From: Paramoeba atlantica
Lineage: Eukaryota > Protista > Discosea
DNA: 64,000 nucleotides
Direction: 5' to 3'
Assembly (NCBI GenBank): GCA_977017575.1
Contig: CDRNVI010000063.1
Location: 186,001 to 250,000, forward strand
Each line of letters starts with the position of its first letter. Positions within the stretch are counted from its first letter, which is position 1. The notes below the pieces were generated by a model. The model was not told where the DNA came from, made no database searches, and saw only the letters and a program-made list of their open reading frames with translations. Positions 1 to 10,875 of this stretch are shown piece by piece. Made by a program: the position numbers and the translations under genes.

Positions 1-480
1 CCTTGTGTTGAGGTGAATAAAGTGGTGGAAGAACATATTCTTCAGCCCCCACATATAAGATGCACAAGAGCAAATGTTCACTCTTTACCCGATCAATACC
101 TGCATCTACCGCTGCACCAAAAAAACGTGATTATCGATGTGGTCTCGAAGAACCCCCCATAATTCATTTGCCAGAACGGACTCGCATTCATGAAGTTTTC
201 GAGTTGTCTTAGGAAAAAATGCAAGAAATTGTGCGGCAGTCACGTTAGGAGGCCACTGCTCCAAAAAAGAGTGAACAAAAGTGATAAATTGCTGTGATGG
301 TGTGCTCATAAGAGCGTGCACACATGGAACTACCCGCGTTGCGTACACCTCCGCATTTTGCCGCATTGTTATCGTGCTGTTTCGTTCCTCCTCTTCCATT
401 CGAACAGTCCGAAGATCACATTCCTTTCTGTGTCGTTGGTAGTGATTTCGAGCCTTACTGTAAGACTAAAAATCTAAGTC

Positions 481-524
481 TCTACGTAGAATTTCTACGT
501 AGAACGCGTAGAATTCTACGTAGA
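481..524. repeat. Three copies of the 10-bp palindrome TCTACGTAGA plus one partial copy
   Basis: Read directly at 481-490, 494-503 and 515-524, with a partial GCGTAGA between the last two. Confidence 0.85.
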
Positions 525-917
525 CTACCAACTATGCTTACAGTGAGTCTATAATTTATACCAGTATGCACAAGCAACTATACGAGTATGCACATACAAG
601 CACATGTAGAGGTGCTCAGCACAAGTAGGAACATACGAAGTGAAGCAAATCAACACATCTATGAGATATTGTATAGTTGGTGGTCAACGTCTTTGTAGGA
701 GTAGTATCTATATTACTCTTTTGCTACTGATATTTATTGCGAAGTGACCTCAGATGTTTTAATTCCTACGGACCAGGATGCTTGTTTTAAGAAGCTCTGT
801 TCACTGAAGCGCAAGGGCATATAGGTCCGAAGTGTACTGGTACGTTGCTTACCAGGTGCTATCCAACACGCTAAGCGAGTAGTCAACGTTGAAAACATTT
901 TTGAAAAAGTTACCTCT

Positions 918-1652
918 ATGGCAGGAAACGGTAAAACTACCGAGGGCGTACAGAAAATGGAACTTGCGTGCGCAGCTTTGCTATCCGGAAACTTTAGTTC
1001 ACGAAACGTAAGTGATGAGATACTCGTCGCTCTACGAGATGCCGTATTTGAAATTGAAGTAGACTCCAAAAACATGGAAACAAAGGAGCCAACGGAGGAA
1101 AAACCCGCGCATGAGCTTTCCTCTGCGCAGAAGCGCCTAAAGGAGATCCAGGATCAGGTTCGGCCGTATATCGGCACCATGGACGATCCTCGTTGTGGAG
1201 AACTGATCCACAAATGCCTTTTGAACGTGGGGTTCGCCAGTGAAAGTTGGATGACCCCAGAAATTGTTGCAAATGTGCGCAACGTAGTAGGAAAGGCTCC
1301 CTACATGCGATATTATGCGCAGCTCTTCACGAAGCATCCAGCTGGAGACCCACTTCCAGATGTGAGTAACAAGGGAGTTCGCCTGGTAATGTGGAGTCTA
1401 TTATGCAAGCTTGGATCTGTAATGATGTCACACCGGCTGGCGCATCACGGAAAGATCATCGCAGCAGAAAAGATAGAAGAAACACTATTGAACAACGAAC
1501 ACATCAAAGTTGATCATAGTATCGTGGCGGTTATTGCAACTGATGAGAGAGCTACGTCACAGGTGAACCTCAAGAGCTCAGCTCAAAAGTGTTATCGGGA
1601 AATTCGTGATTTTATCACCCGCCTCGTTTCACCCACACCCGGCCAACCATAA
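918..1652 (+). CDS. Orphan 244-aa ORF antisense to the host polycistron, probably transposon cargo or a remnant
   Basis: ATG-initiated ORF with protein-like composition and no recognisable motif. It is followed at 1864-1876 by GGGGGGATGAG|TA, which resembles the family-B MITE end. Confidence 0.4.
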   Translation: MAGNGKTTEGVQKMELACAALLSGNFSSRNVSDEILVALRDAVFEIEVDSKNMETKEPTEEKPAHELSSAQKRLKEIQDQVRPYIGTMDDPRCGELIHKCLLNVGFASESWMTPEIVANVRNVVGKAPYMRYYAQLFTKHPAGDPLPDVSNKGVRLVMWSLLCKLGSVMMSHRLAHHGKIIAAEKIEETLLNNEHIKVDHSIVAVIATDERATSQVNLKSSAQKCYREIRDFITRLVSPTPGQP

Positions 1653-2360
1653 AGACGAATAGGCAGAGGTTGTAAACAACCCCCGCAATTATAAGCACAT
1701 AATCCCAGAATAAGGTCAAGCCGAAAATAAAATTTGGTTTTACGAACGTCTACTTTATGATGAGTCATTTTGCTCCTCTCTTGAATCATTTGATTCAGAA
1801 GAGCCCGAAGGCTGAGTAAGTCTGTAAGAAAGTAAGAGTTGGAGGGATGAGGGAATCCAAAAAGGGGGGATGAGTAAGTCATTCAGTAATTCAGTAAACA
1901 AGACAATGCTTAATTCAGTAACCCGGGGGTCAGGTTACCATTTAAAGGTGGATTACCGTTTAAATTGCAATTTACAGGTAGAGATGTATTTACGAGTCTC
2001 TATTTACAGATAATAACGCATGGGATGGGGCAAGGAATGGGGAATAATAACGCAAGGATGGGGTGTTGTTTTGTGCAGAAATCTTCTAGTGTGCGCATTC
2101 TTGATTTTCTTTGGAATTCGTTGATGTTTAGTTACGTTTCGGGAAATTTTTGAAAAATGTGCAAACTTCGTTCAATCTTGTGGGCTTAAATAGTAAACCT
2201 CATTTTTGTGGAACTAAATGTTTTACGCCACAAGAATATAAATTAAGGTAACTTTAATTAACGTAGCATTAATAAAAGTAAAAAATTTTCTCTCGTCAGA
2301 AATTACGTTAATTAATATTTTTCTTATTTAAAGTCTCACTGGTATACTTACACTTCATTG

Positions 2361-3053
2361 TTACTTCATGCGAGAACGAAGGCCATTTTTCACAACAATA
2401 CGCGTCGCCCTCACATCGTAACTCAACATTTTTTCCAGTTCCTCCACATGTAACGTCCCCTCCAGTCTTGCATTCCCATTAACATACAACTTCATCAAGG
2501 AGGTGGGCATCAACGTAAAATCAACGTTCCCGGAAAACTGATTCTCGCTGATATTCAGCACCTCCAACAACTGTGGAAGGCACGCGAACAACAGCGGCCC
2601 GGTAAACCGATTCCGCGCAATCGACACAAACGTCAACGAGGCTGGCAAAACGTTTTGTTCAAAATTCTCACAAAATGCCCCACATTGGTTATTATTGGGC
2701 AAATATAAAAATACAAGAGTACTGGGGAGGTGGTTCCAAATTAGCGACCCCTCGAGACCGTAGTCCGCCCAATTCATACAAAACACCTCTCCCCGGGGGT
2801 CACACATAACTCCCTCCCAGCCACACCCCGGGGTGTGGGTGTCCCAGGAGGGGCGGGGGTTGGTGATCTCTCGGACAAGCTTGGCTAAAACAAATTCCAG
2901 GGGTAACGCAATCCCAGTGAGTTTGGCTGCACGGGAAGGGTGCGAAATGGATGGGGCATTTTGCGGAAAAGAGGGGGGGGTGCAATCGTCCATGCAGCCC
3001 ACATGGGACATAGCAGTGGGGTAGAAAAGGGACACCATAGCTATCGTGTACAT
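2361..3053 (-). CDS. Short leucine-rich repeat protein with an N-terminal W-x-G-V-x-C cap
   Basis: GCGWEGVMC cap, then about 24-aa repeats of the LP-x-x-L-x-x-L-x-L-x-x-N-x-F-x-G type. Confidence 0.85.
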   Translation of the reverse strand: MYTIAMVSLFYPTAMSHVGCMDDCTPPSFPQNAPSISHPSRAAKLTGIALPLEFVLAKLVREITNPRPSWDTHTPGCGWEGVMCDPRGEVFCMNWADYGLEGSLIWNHLPSTLVFLYLPNNNQCGAFCENFEQNVLPASLTFVSIARNRFTGPLLFACLPQLLEVLNISENQFSGNVDFTLMPTSLMKLYVNGNARLEGTLHVEELEKMLSYDVRATRIVVKNGLRSRMK

Positions 3054-3169
3054 TGAGATATACTCCTCCTCGCATTGATTTTTATAAATATGTATTATAA
3101 CAAAAAAGAAAATTTATATTTATAATTATTAAAATCAATGAGAATGCTTTCCAAAGATACCGGAGACCC

Positions 3170-3335
3170 GCCAGTAAACGACCCCCGGTAAGAGAGATTG
3201 GCTTGGGAGGCTGGCTGGTTGGCGGGGCTGAACGGGCGGGGGTTGTTGGACGGGTAAGGGTGGGTGAGCGGGGTGAGGGTTATTGGGAGGGCTGTGGTAC
3301 GAAGTTGTCTGGACAGAAAATGAATGCACACATGA
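3170..3335 (-). repeat. Dispersed C-rich repeat of about 165 bp, with a diverged copy at about 51615-51790 (+)
   Basis: The reverse complement aligns by eye with 51615-51790 (GTGCATT..TTTTCTG.CCAG; CCAACCAG...TTAC.GGGG). Confidence 0.55.
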
Positions 3336-3935
3336 GTAAAAGAGGTCTTAAACAGAGTGGGAATCCGAGTTCAACTCCTTTCGAAGACGTGTGTGCGAAA
3401 CACAACGTGTGTGCGATAAATGTGATATAACGACTACTTGTAGAAGGGGAAGGAGCATTTAATCAAAACAACCCAGGCTAAAGTGGACGACGGAGTTACT
3501 CGTCCTTGCGCCCTCTCCTTCCTCTAAGGTCTTGAGCGTCACACACGTCCAGTGTGTGTTAAATTTGGCCTTTGCAGGTGTATTACTAGAACAGGTTGAA
3601 GATGTATCTAACGAAACCAAAGCGCATACAGGTACATCAGGGCCCAAACTGTCCAAATACGGTCGAGGAGTTAATTTGGGATTCTTTTATTTTCACCCAC
3701 GAATTTTCAGGTTTTCATTTCGAAAACTCACCTGACACAAAATGAGGCCACAAATCGGGCACGACGAATTAACCTACGGTGCCGAGGGAATAGTGCCTCC
3801 CTCTATATTTTCTAGCATGTCGTGAAAGCTTTGTGCGAATATAATCAAATTTATTGATTTCACAATTTTTATAATTTTTTTTTTCGAAAATTCTATCTTG
3901 CCATTTATAAAAATCAATGAGAGACAGAGTAGATA

Positions 3936-4232
3936 CCATCCCCCCTATATAATAGGGCTATGTGTCACCCCCCTTTAACAGGGCCATTTTGTCTGGAAGG
4001 CCAAAAAGAGATTTCAGGGAAAGTGCCAAAAAATTGTTGAATGCGCCGCGAAGCGGCGGATTCTTTTTCCGTATCTACCAAAAGTGTATCAAAAGGGAGT
4101 AGGACCTTGTTTCTTAACGATAAAAAAGCCGTGAGGCGGCGCCGATTTGTTTCTTTCATATTATTTTCCATGTCCCCCCATTTATTAAGGCCTTTTGCCC
4201 AAAATCGGAGTCCTATTAAATAGGGGGGGTAG
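3936..4232. mobile_element. Complete MITE of about 300 bp (family B), TA-flanked
   Basis: 21-bp TIRs CCATCCCCCCTATATAATAGG / CTACCCCCCCTATTTAATAGG (3 mismatches), TA on both sides, internal hairpin CGCCGCGAAGCGGCG at 4044-4058. Confidence 0.75.
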
Positions 4233-4236
4233 TAGT

Positions 4237-4361
<125 letters not shown>

Positions 4362-5825
4362 CAGTAACTCAAAAAAGTGTTCAAATGTTTCGACATTTTT
4401 TAATGTTTTAATTTTTTACCAAAGAGAATCAGAGGATAATGCTGTAGTATATGGTAGTAGTGTAGGCTGGGGTAGTGCTTATATCCCCACGTACTTTGAG
4501 TTCATCAACGATCTTACTACGAAAAACTACGAAAAACTATGAAAGATATAATGTCAATCCAACATATGAACACTTTTTTGCCTTTTTTTCGGACACGTTT
4601 TTTTATAGGAAAACGTTCTATTGCTTCACCCTTAATGGGCCAAAATATTTAGACTTAATACTTAGTAAGTCCCCCCTTCGCCCTGATGACTTCCCTCAAA
4701 CGACGGGGCATGCTTTGGACAAGAGGGAGGCATGCACTTGGAGGAACTTTCGCCCATGCTTTTTGGGACCGTTCCCATAACTCGATCATTCCTGAGGGTG
4801 GGTCGGGGTAATCTGCCGTTGCCTTTTTCAATTCAACCCATAGATTTTCTATGGGGTTTAAGTCGGGAGACTGAGGGGGCCAGTCAAGCACACACAGCTC
4901 CTGCAAATTTTAAACATCGCGAGCCTTCTTACTCGTGTGCTTCGGATCGTTATCCTGTTGGAAGACGATCCGATCCTTCGTGAGACTCAGCTTTTGTAGG
5001 AAAGGGGGCAAATTTTGTTGCAGTATTTGAACGTACTGCTCGGCGTTCATATTCCCGTGAACCAGCTCAATGGTTCTCACACCGTGCTCCATCATGCAAC
5101 CCCATATCATGATGGAGCCGCCACCATAATTGAGCGTACCTTGTGTGTTTCGCTCAGACAGCTCCTCCCCAAAGTCTACCCAAACCCACCGGCTACCATC
5201 CGACTCGAAACGGCAGATCTTCGTTTCATCCGTGAAAATTACACGGCCCCAGTCGGCGTGCGTCCAATGCTCGTACTTTCTTGTAAAAGCAAGACGTAGA
5301 GCCTTGTGACGTTTCGTAAGGTAGGGCTTCTTGACCCTCTTCTTTCCCTTCATACCACGCTTACGAAGGGAAACCCGAATGGTTTCCGGGCAAACATCCG
5401 CAATACCTTTGACTCTCAACCTTTTGCTGGCGGCAACTGCGTCTTTTGTGGCGCCGCTAGTGATGAGACGGCGGACGCGCCTACGGCAAGTATCACTCAG
5501 CTTACGTGGGCGACCGGTTGGTTGTCTAGATAGCGACGGAAGATATTTATTTTTAATGCGGCTGACATTTCCTACGCTTAAGTTTAAATCGGCGGCCACT
5601 CTACGAAGTGAAGATCCGTTTTCAAGTTTTTCAATAGCAATCTTTCGTAAATAACTCGGTGTACTGTGCATAAGTAATGTAGTAAATAGAGCAACTTGGT
5701 TTTATTTTCCTATTGTAGATCTTTGTTCTACTATGCACAGTACACCGAGTTATTTCCAAATATTTCCAAAATCAGACAAAATACAAGACCTGTAGGGGGG
5801 GGGTAAAAGAGGCTGAACACCACTG
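4362..5825 (-). mobile_element. Tc1-family DNA transposon copy with non-matching ends
   Basis: Both ends read TA|CAGT but then diverge (CAGTAACTCAAAAAAG versus CAGTGGTGTTCAGCC). Encloses the DD34E transposase. Confidence 0.7.
4655..5671 (-). pseudogene. Tc1 DD34E transposase interrupted by a single in-frame TAA
   Basis: HTH N-terminus, GRPRKL, FTDE, QQDNDPKH, WPPQSPDLNPIENLW. TAA at 4910-4912 is in frame, and D-to-E spacing is exactly 34 counting the stop as one codon. Confidence 0.95.
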
Positions 5826-5951
<126 letters not shown>

Positions 5952-6249
5952 CAGGGGCGGTTGTTCGTTCCCCTAAGGAAGAGTTTTTGCCGCCTTTTTT
6001 TCATACAGACCCCCTGGTGCCCCCTGGGTCCAAAAAACTGTTTTTTGGACGTTTTCTGTGTACACACCCGTTTTTTCCCGATAATTTCATGTTTTTGTGG
6101 TTTATTTGAATTTGTGTAAGCTTAAATAGTCTTCTAATTTCTTTATGCTCAAGCAATGTTTCTGTAGAAACATCAATAGCTATTTAATAGAGTTTTTCAA
6201 ACCTCAACAACATGAATACAAGACCGACTAACCCTAAAAGTGGTGAATA

Positions 6250-8712
6250 TGTAGAAGGGTGGAAACTTGGCGAAAACAATGGTAAAACAAATATTTTTTA
6301 AAAATCCTTTCCCCTATTGTACTTTGTTAGTTTGGGACCTATACTCATACCTATGTGCTCTGTGAACACTTATGTGTGTTCAGTGGTTCTATGGTTCAAT
6401 GAACACTTTTATGAACCAATAGAACACTTTTTCGATTTTTTTTCGTGACGTACAAACATTTTTTTTTGAAGCTTTGTTTCATTCAAATGGCCCCAGATGG
6501 TACTACACGACCTAGATCCTCACGTACATGTAGGTACATGGCAGAATAGGTGGTGCGAGTCTGTGCCATCGATATGATTCCAGCGTCAAGGGAGACCACG
6601 AAGAGGCCCCAACCCCCAGTTAGGCTGGCCCGAACACGTGTCAGGCATTTAATCAATTCGGCACACGAACGGTTTTAATGCATATAATGTATTCACAGTG
6701 CAAAAAGAATATTTTGTGGAAATGACGACAACAAAGATGAGGAAAAAAATTCAAGCTTTTTCTTTGGGGAAAAAAGTCCCTTTTCACTTTTTGTGAAACC
6801 CAATTAAAAGTGACCCACCACTTTTTTTCTTCGTACAAGCGTCCGTTTGAGCTGATTTTTGTAGCATTTTGCAGATCTCAACACAAAGGCTTTGAGCGTG
6901 AATAAACGAAACAAAAAGAAGCGAATACGTATATTTTAGAGAAGAACTAACATTTTGTCACTTTTTCACCTGCGATCACAACCTGTACATGATCCAAATA
7001 CAACACCGCTCCCCACCCGTGTAAATGGGCGTGCTGTGGATCATACTTTGGGTCCACTCCTGAAGATCCATCCGAGCGGCATACGGCAGAGGGCTCAGTT
7101 CGTACAAACGTTTTGGATCACGGTTTAAAGCGTTAATGCGCCTTCTTACTAACTTCAAAGTAAAATGATGCTCCGGAATCGATTTCCCCAAAACCAAAGT
7201 TTGGAAATGGGCCAACGCAAGACATTCCTGCATCCAAGCGAGAAGCTGAGGTACGAAGTGTGCTTCGAGGTAAGGTTGCGAGAACTGGCGGTAATAGCAA
7301 ACCGCCTAAGTAAGGAAAGAATTGATGGAATTGTAGCTTTGCAAATTTGGAATACCTTGAGGATTATTTGTAGGTTATGGGAAAATTATTGTTTGTTTAT
7401 ACCGTATCAGACACATATAAACTCTGAACTTGGAAGTCATAGATGAAAGCTTTCAAGGTGAAAGTGTTAAGCTTTTCAACTGACTTTAAGTCGATCTTAT
7501 TGCGGTGGTTGTATAACTACCACTCTACCCTCAATTATTGAAAAAAAGTGAACAAAAACAGTGAAATATAAAGAGAAACACACTAATATAATAGAAGAAA
7601 AAAAACGTTTCATATAAAAGAGGGCTCCGGTGGTCCAAAACTGAAAAAAATATTGAAAAAAATGGGGGGTCCAGGGGGAGGGGCATACGTCGCGACTTTT
7701 TTTTCGAATTTTTTGTTTCTCGAGCGCCGGGAAGTGTTAGAGTAGGCCGCGGCGATAATTTTCTGCCCCCCAACCTGGGGGTACCCCCCCCCCTCTGTTA
7801 CGCGCAGGAGGGATCCGACATGGTCAAAGTTTCCGAAATTTTTGGGGTGACCAAGAAAAAAACTTTTTGATAAAAAAAAGGTAAAAATATTATTTTTCCA
7901 AAATCGACTCCTAAAACGTATTTTAAGAGTTTTGGACCTCAGCTACCATTCTACGGCGTTGTTTTCGTCAGATCCGCCTCCTACCCCTACTGGTAAGGCA
8001 TCAAAAACGGCCAAAATTCGGGTTAAAATTTCGAAATTTTTGCTTAAAAATCGGGCTTTTTTACCTAAAAAAGTAGATTATTCATGATCTTTTGGCAATT
8101 TTTCTATTTTAGGCTCTTCGTTAAACGCGGTGGTAGTTTTCAACGCGAAGTGTGCAGCATGAGTGACTTCCAAGTTGAAAACAACCACCGCGTGTAACGA
8201 AGAGCCTAAAAAGGAAATTGGATATTGGATTCATTTTTGGATTTGGATTGGTTCCCCAAGTAATCGATTGGGGTGGTTCCCCATTTTTCTTTGACGGGCA
8301 CGAAAGGTTCCTGTGGGACCTCGTCCTCTCATTAGAAATTGTTGAGGGCAATAGATCTGCTTGACCAAATGCGGGAAACAATAGTTTTTTACAACAACAA
8401 CAAAAATATTTTGAAATAAGAAATGCATTACGTTCGGCGAGTACAAAAAAAGCTGCCACGCTTACTAAGAGAGAACCTCATACCGCGGCATTCTAATACT
8501 GTATAGCTAGGGCATGTGTAATCACTTGGATATGCGCAAAACAAAAAAGGTTTATGAAAAATACTCAACATGTTCGTGGGATGTGTACCTCCCCGAAAAG
8601 TGTTCAATGCGTTCTATGTGTTCAATGAACAAAAAAAAGTGTTCATAGAACACATAGGTATGTATACTAGCTTTCTATGCCATTGTTTTCGCAAGATATC
8701 CCTCCTTGTAGC
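6250..8712. mobile_element. Degenerate non-autonomous element of about 2.5 kb with inverted GAACAC-rich subterminal regions (family C)
   Basis: 6250-6433 and 8595-8712 are inverted homologues: GCGAAAACAATGG exact, CATACCTATGTG-TCT-TGAACACTT with 2 mismatches. There is a decayed ORF at about 6976-7300 (-). Confidence 0.55.
8107..8211. repeat. Palindromic element of about 105 bp, copy 1
   Basis: 38-bp arms TTTTAGGCTCTTCGTTAAACGCGGTGGTAGTTTTCAAC / GTTGAAAACAACCACCGCGTGTAACGAAGAGCCTAAAA. Confidence 0.9.
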
Positions 8713-9158
8713 CCTGGTATGCTTCCCAAAATGACCCATTTTTTTGACCAAAAAAGGTGAAAAAATATATTTCGGATCCCAAGGGGTCTTTTTGCGTCGA
8801 AAGAATGGTGTGGTTGGAGTCGAATTCTCTATCCAATACGTTCGGTAGGCTTTATAAAGATACAGTTTCTTTACCTTGTTGCCTTAGTTCATCCTTTCTT
8901 TCCCCGGCAACGGGCATACTCTTACTGTATTTTCATGCCTGTTGCCGGCCGGCGCTAAGGCTGGAACTGTCCCCCTTTATCGCTGAAGCAGGGGAAGCGC
9001 CTCCATCCCTTCACCCTTCCCCGACTCACTCCCCTGGAGTGAGTGCTTCTCCCTCTCGGATTCCTTCCTCCCGACCCGTACGTCTCCGAGAGGGCTAGGC
9101 GTCACGGTGGCCTCCCTTGAGGACCACTAGACGCGTCCCTCGCTGCCCGCGTTTACGC

Positions 9159-9323
9159 CTCTCCGCACCTGACGGTCGCCCAGCTCTCCGCACCTCGGCT
9201 CTGTCGCAGCTCTCTGCACCCGGATTGCCCCCGAAACTGTAATATGGGGATTACGCATCCGGCTCTCTGCACCTGCACATGACAACCGAGCTCTCTGCAC
9301 CTGGGACGTCAGCTCTCTGCACC
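9159..9323 (+). repeat. Six interspaced copies of GCTCTC(C/T)GCACC with unique spacers
   Basis: Copies start near 9159, 9183, 9209, 9262, 9290 and 9312. Confidence 0.85.
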
Positions 9324-9583
9324 CATTCTCCTCCAGCGAGGGCAAATCCTCACGTGATCCACCCGTCGTATGCGGGTAAGGACAATGTGAGACAAATCTC
9401 TGCAATCTAAGTGCATGAATAAACAACAAACAACATGCCTACGAGTGATTTCCCACACGCAAATGTCGGATTTAGTGCTCTGAGAGCAAAACTACCCAAA
9501 AATCACCCCATTTTTACCCCAAAATCGTCTATTTTTGCCTATAGTCCCTCCGTTTTTTTCAGCTTTCGAAGCTAACTTTCCTT

Positions 9584-9681
9584 TTTTAGGCTCTTCGTTA
9601 AACGCGGTGGTAGTTTTCAACGCGAAGCGCGCAGCATGAGTGACTTCTAAGTTGAAAACAACCACCGCGTTTAACGAAGAG
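9584..9681. repeat. Palindromic element of about 100 bp, copy 2 (direct repeat of 8107-8211)
   Basis: Nearly identical to copy 1, including the loop GCGAAG...GAGTGACTTC. Confidence 0.9.
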
Positions 9682-10415
9682 ATGCAAAAAGAAATAATTA
9701 TAATCATAACCTTTGGTGGAATCTCCCTTTTTTCTCCCAAAATTATTTTCAAAAATAAATACTTCAATGTTTTTTCGAGTTCAGCGATTTTGCAATCCTT
9801 CTAGATTGGTATTGACGAAAGAGAAGACTTTGACTTATTTACACCAAGACATTCGGGGACATTTATAAAAAACAAGAGTTCTAGGGCTCAAATTGTGGCA
9901 CACCAGGTTGGGAAAAGGTGTGACACACTTTTAGAGTCCGGTGGAGTATCGATACTGTATGGGCAACACATGAACGAGCGAAATGGGAAATTGAAAGCAC
10001 GAAGGCCTTTATTTCAGCATCAGAAGATGAGCAGATGAAATACGAGTAACTAATTTTAGTATTTGGAGTGCCCTTCAAAACTTCAAAAAACAAATTGGGG
10101 GAAAAAAGGGAGATTTCACCTAACTGTTTTGTATTTATAATTAATTTTTGATCACATGAATCCATTAATTTTTACGAAACTGATTTATACATTAATTTTT
10201 TATTCATTAATTTTTCTCAACATTCATTCAAACTTTATCAATATTAACTTTCCCAACATCAACCTTCTCAACTCCAACCTTCCCAACTTCAACTTTACCA
10301 ACTTGAACTTACTCGACTTCGTTCCCAAAAAAGCGACACCAATTAAAAATACTCCAATTTTTATGACTCGATATTGTACTACACTTACGCTTTTTACGAA
10401 CGCTGTAACACATGA

Positions 10416-10549
10416 AACGTAACTCTGCGAGAGCTCTCCAATGAGGTGTTTTTTTCCAAAATTGGCCAAGTTATACGGATTTTGACCCCCCCCCTCACAA
10501 TTTCGTGCCCACATCCATAGGGCACCAGTTTGTGTTACTGTATCCCCCT
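10416..10549 (-). mobile_element. Isolated, degenerate family-A TIR
   Basis: GAGAGCTCTC...TTTTCCAAAATTGGCC...TTTTGACCCCCCC...TTTCGTGC matches the right TIR at 45005-45113. Confidence 0.65.
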
Positions 10550-10875
10550 GTTTGTAATAGCCTCGACCCCTCCCATAAAGTACGGGTAGCCCTTCCATCA
10601 GCTCCACAATCTACCCCATACCAACATTTGTGAATTCTGCAAGTTCGTGTTCCTGCGGCAGTGGTGCTCTTGCCTTGCCAAGACGCGACGAAGTACAGTA
10701 TGTATTTTCATTACGAAAAGCTGTAGATTCTGCACAAAAATAAAGTAACGTGTGTGATAAGGAAATAAATATACTGCAAATCCAGCACATGGCAATTAGG
10801 ATAGTAAGTTACGATTTTTAAGACAAATTTTATAACACGAAACTTTGAAGATACAGGGAAAATAAATGAAAAGAG

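Noticed and set aside
1758-1816. Box C/D snoRNA (ATGATGA...CTGA)
   Set aside because: No terminal stem, no recognisable rRNA antisense element, and it is antisense to the polycistron.
4910-4912. In-frame TAA as a sign of Blastocrithidia-type stop-codon reassignment
   Set aside because: No conserved host gene in the window has internal stops, so a single nonsense mutation is simpler.
8107-8211. Integron attC site
   Set aside because: The boxes occur as GTTRRRY...RYYYAAC, the reverse of attC order, and there is no cassette ORF or integrase.
9159-9323. CRISPR array
   Set aside because: Repeats are only about 12 bp, spacers are irregular, there are no cas genes and the context is eukaryotic.
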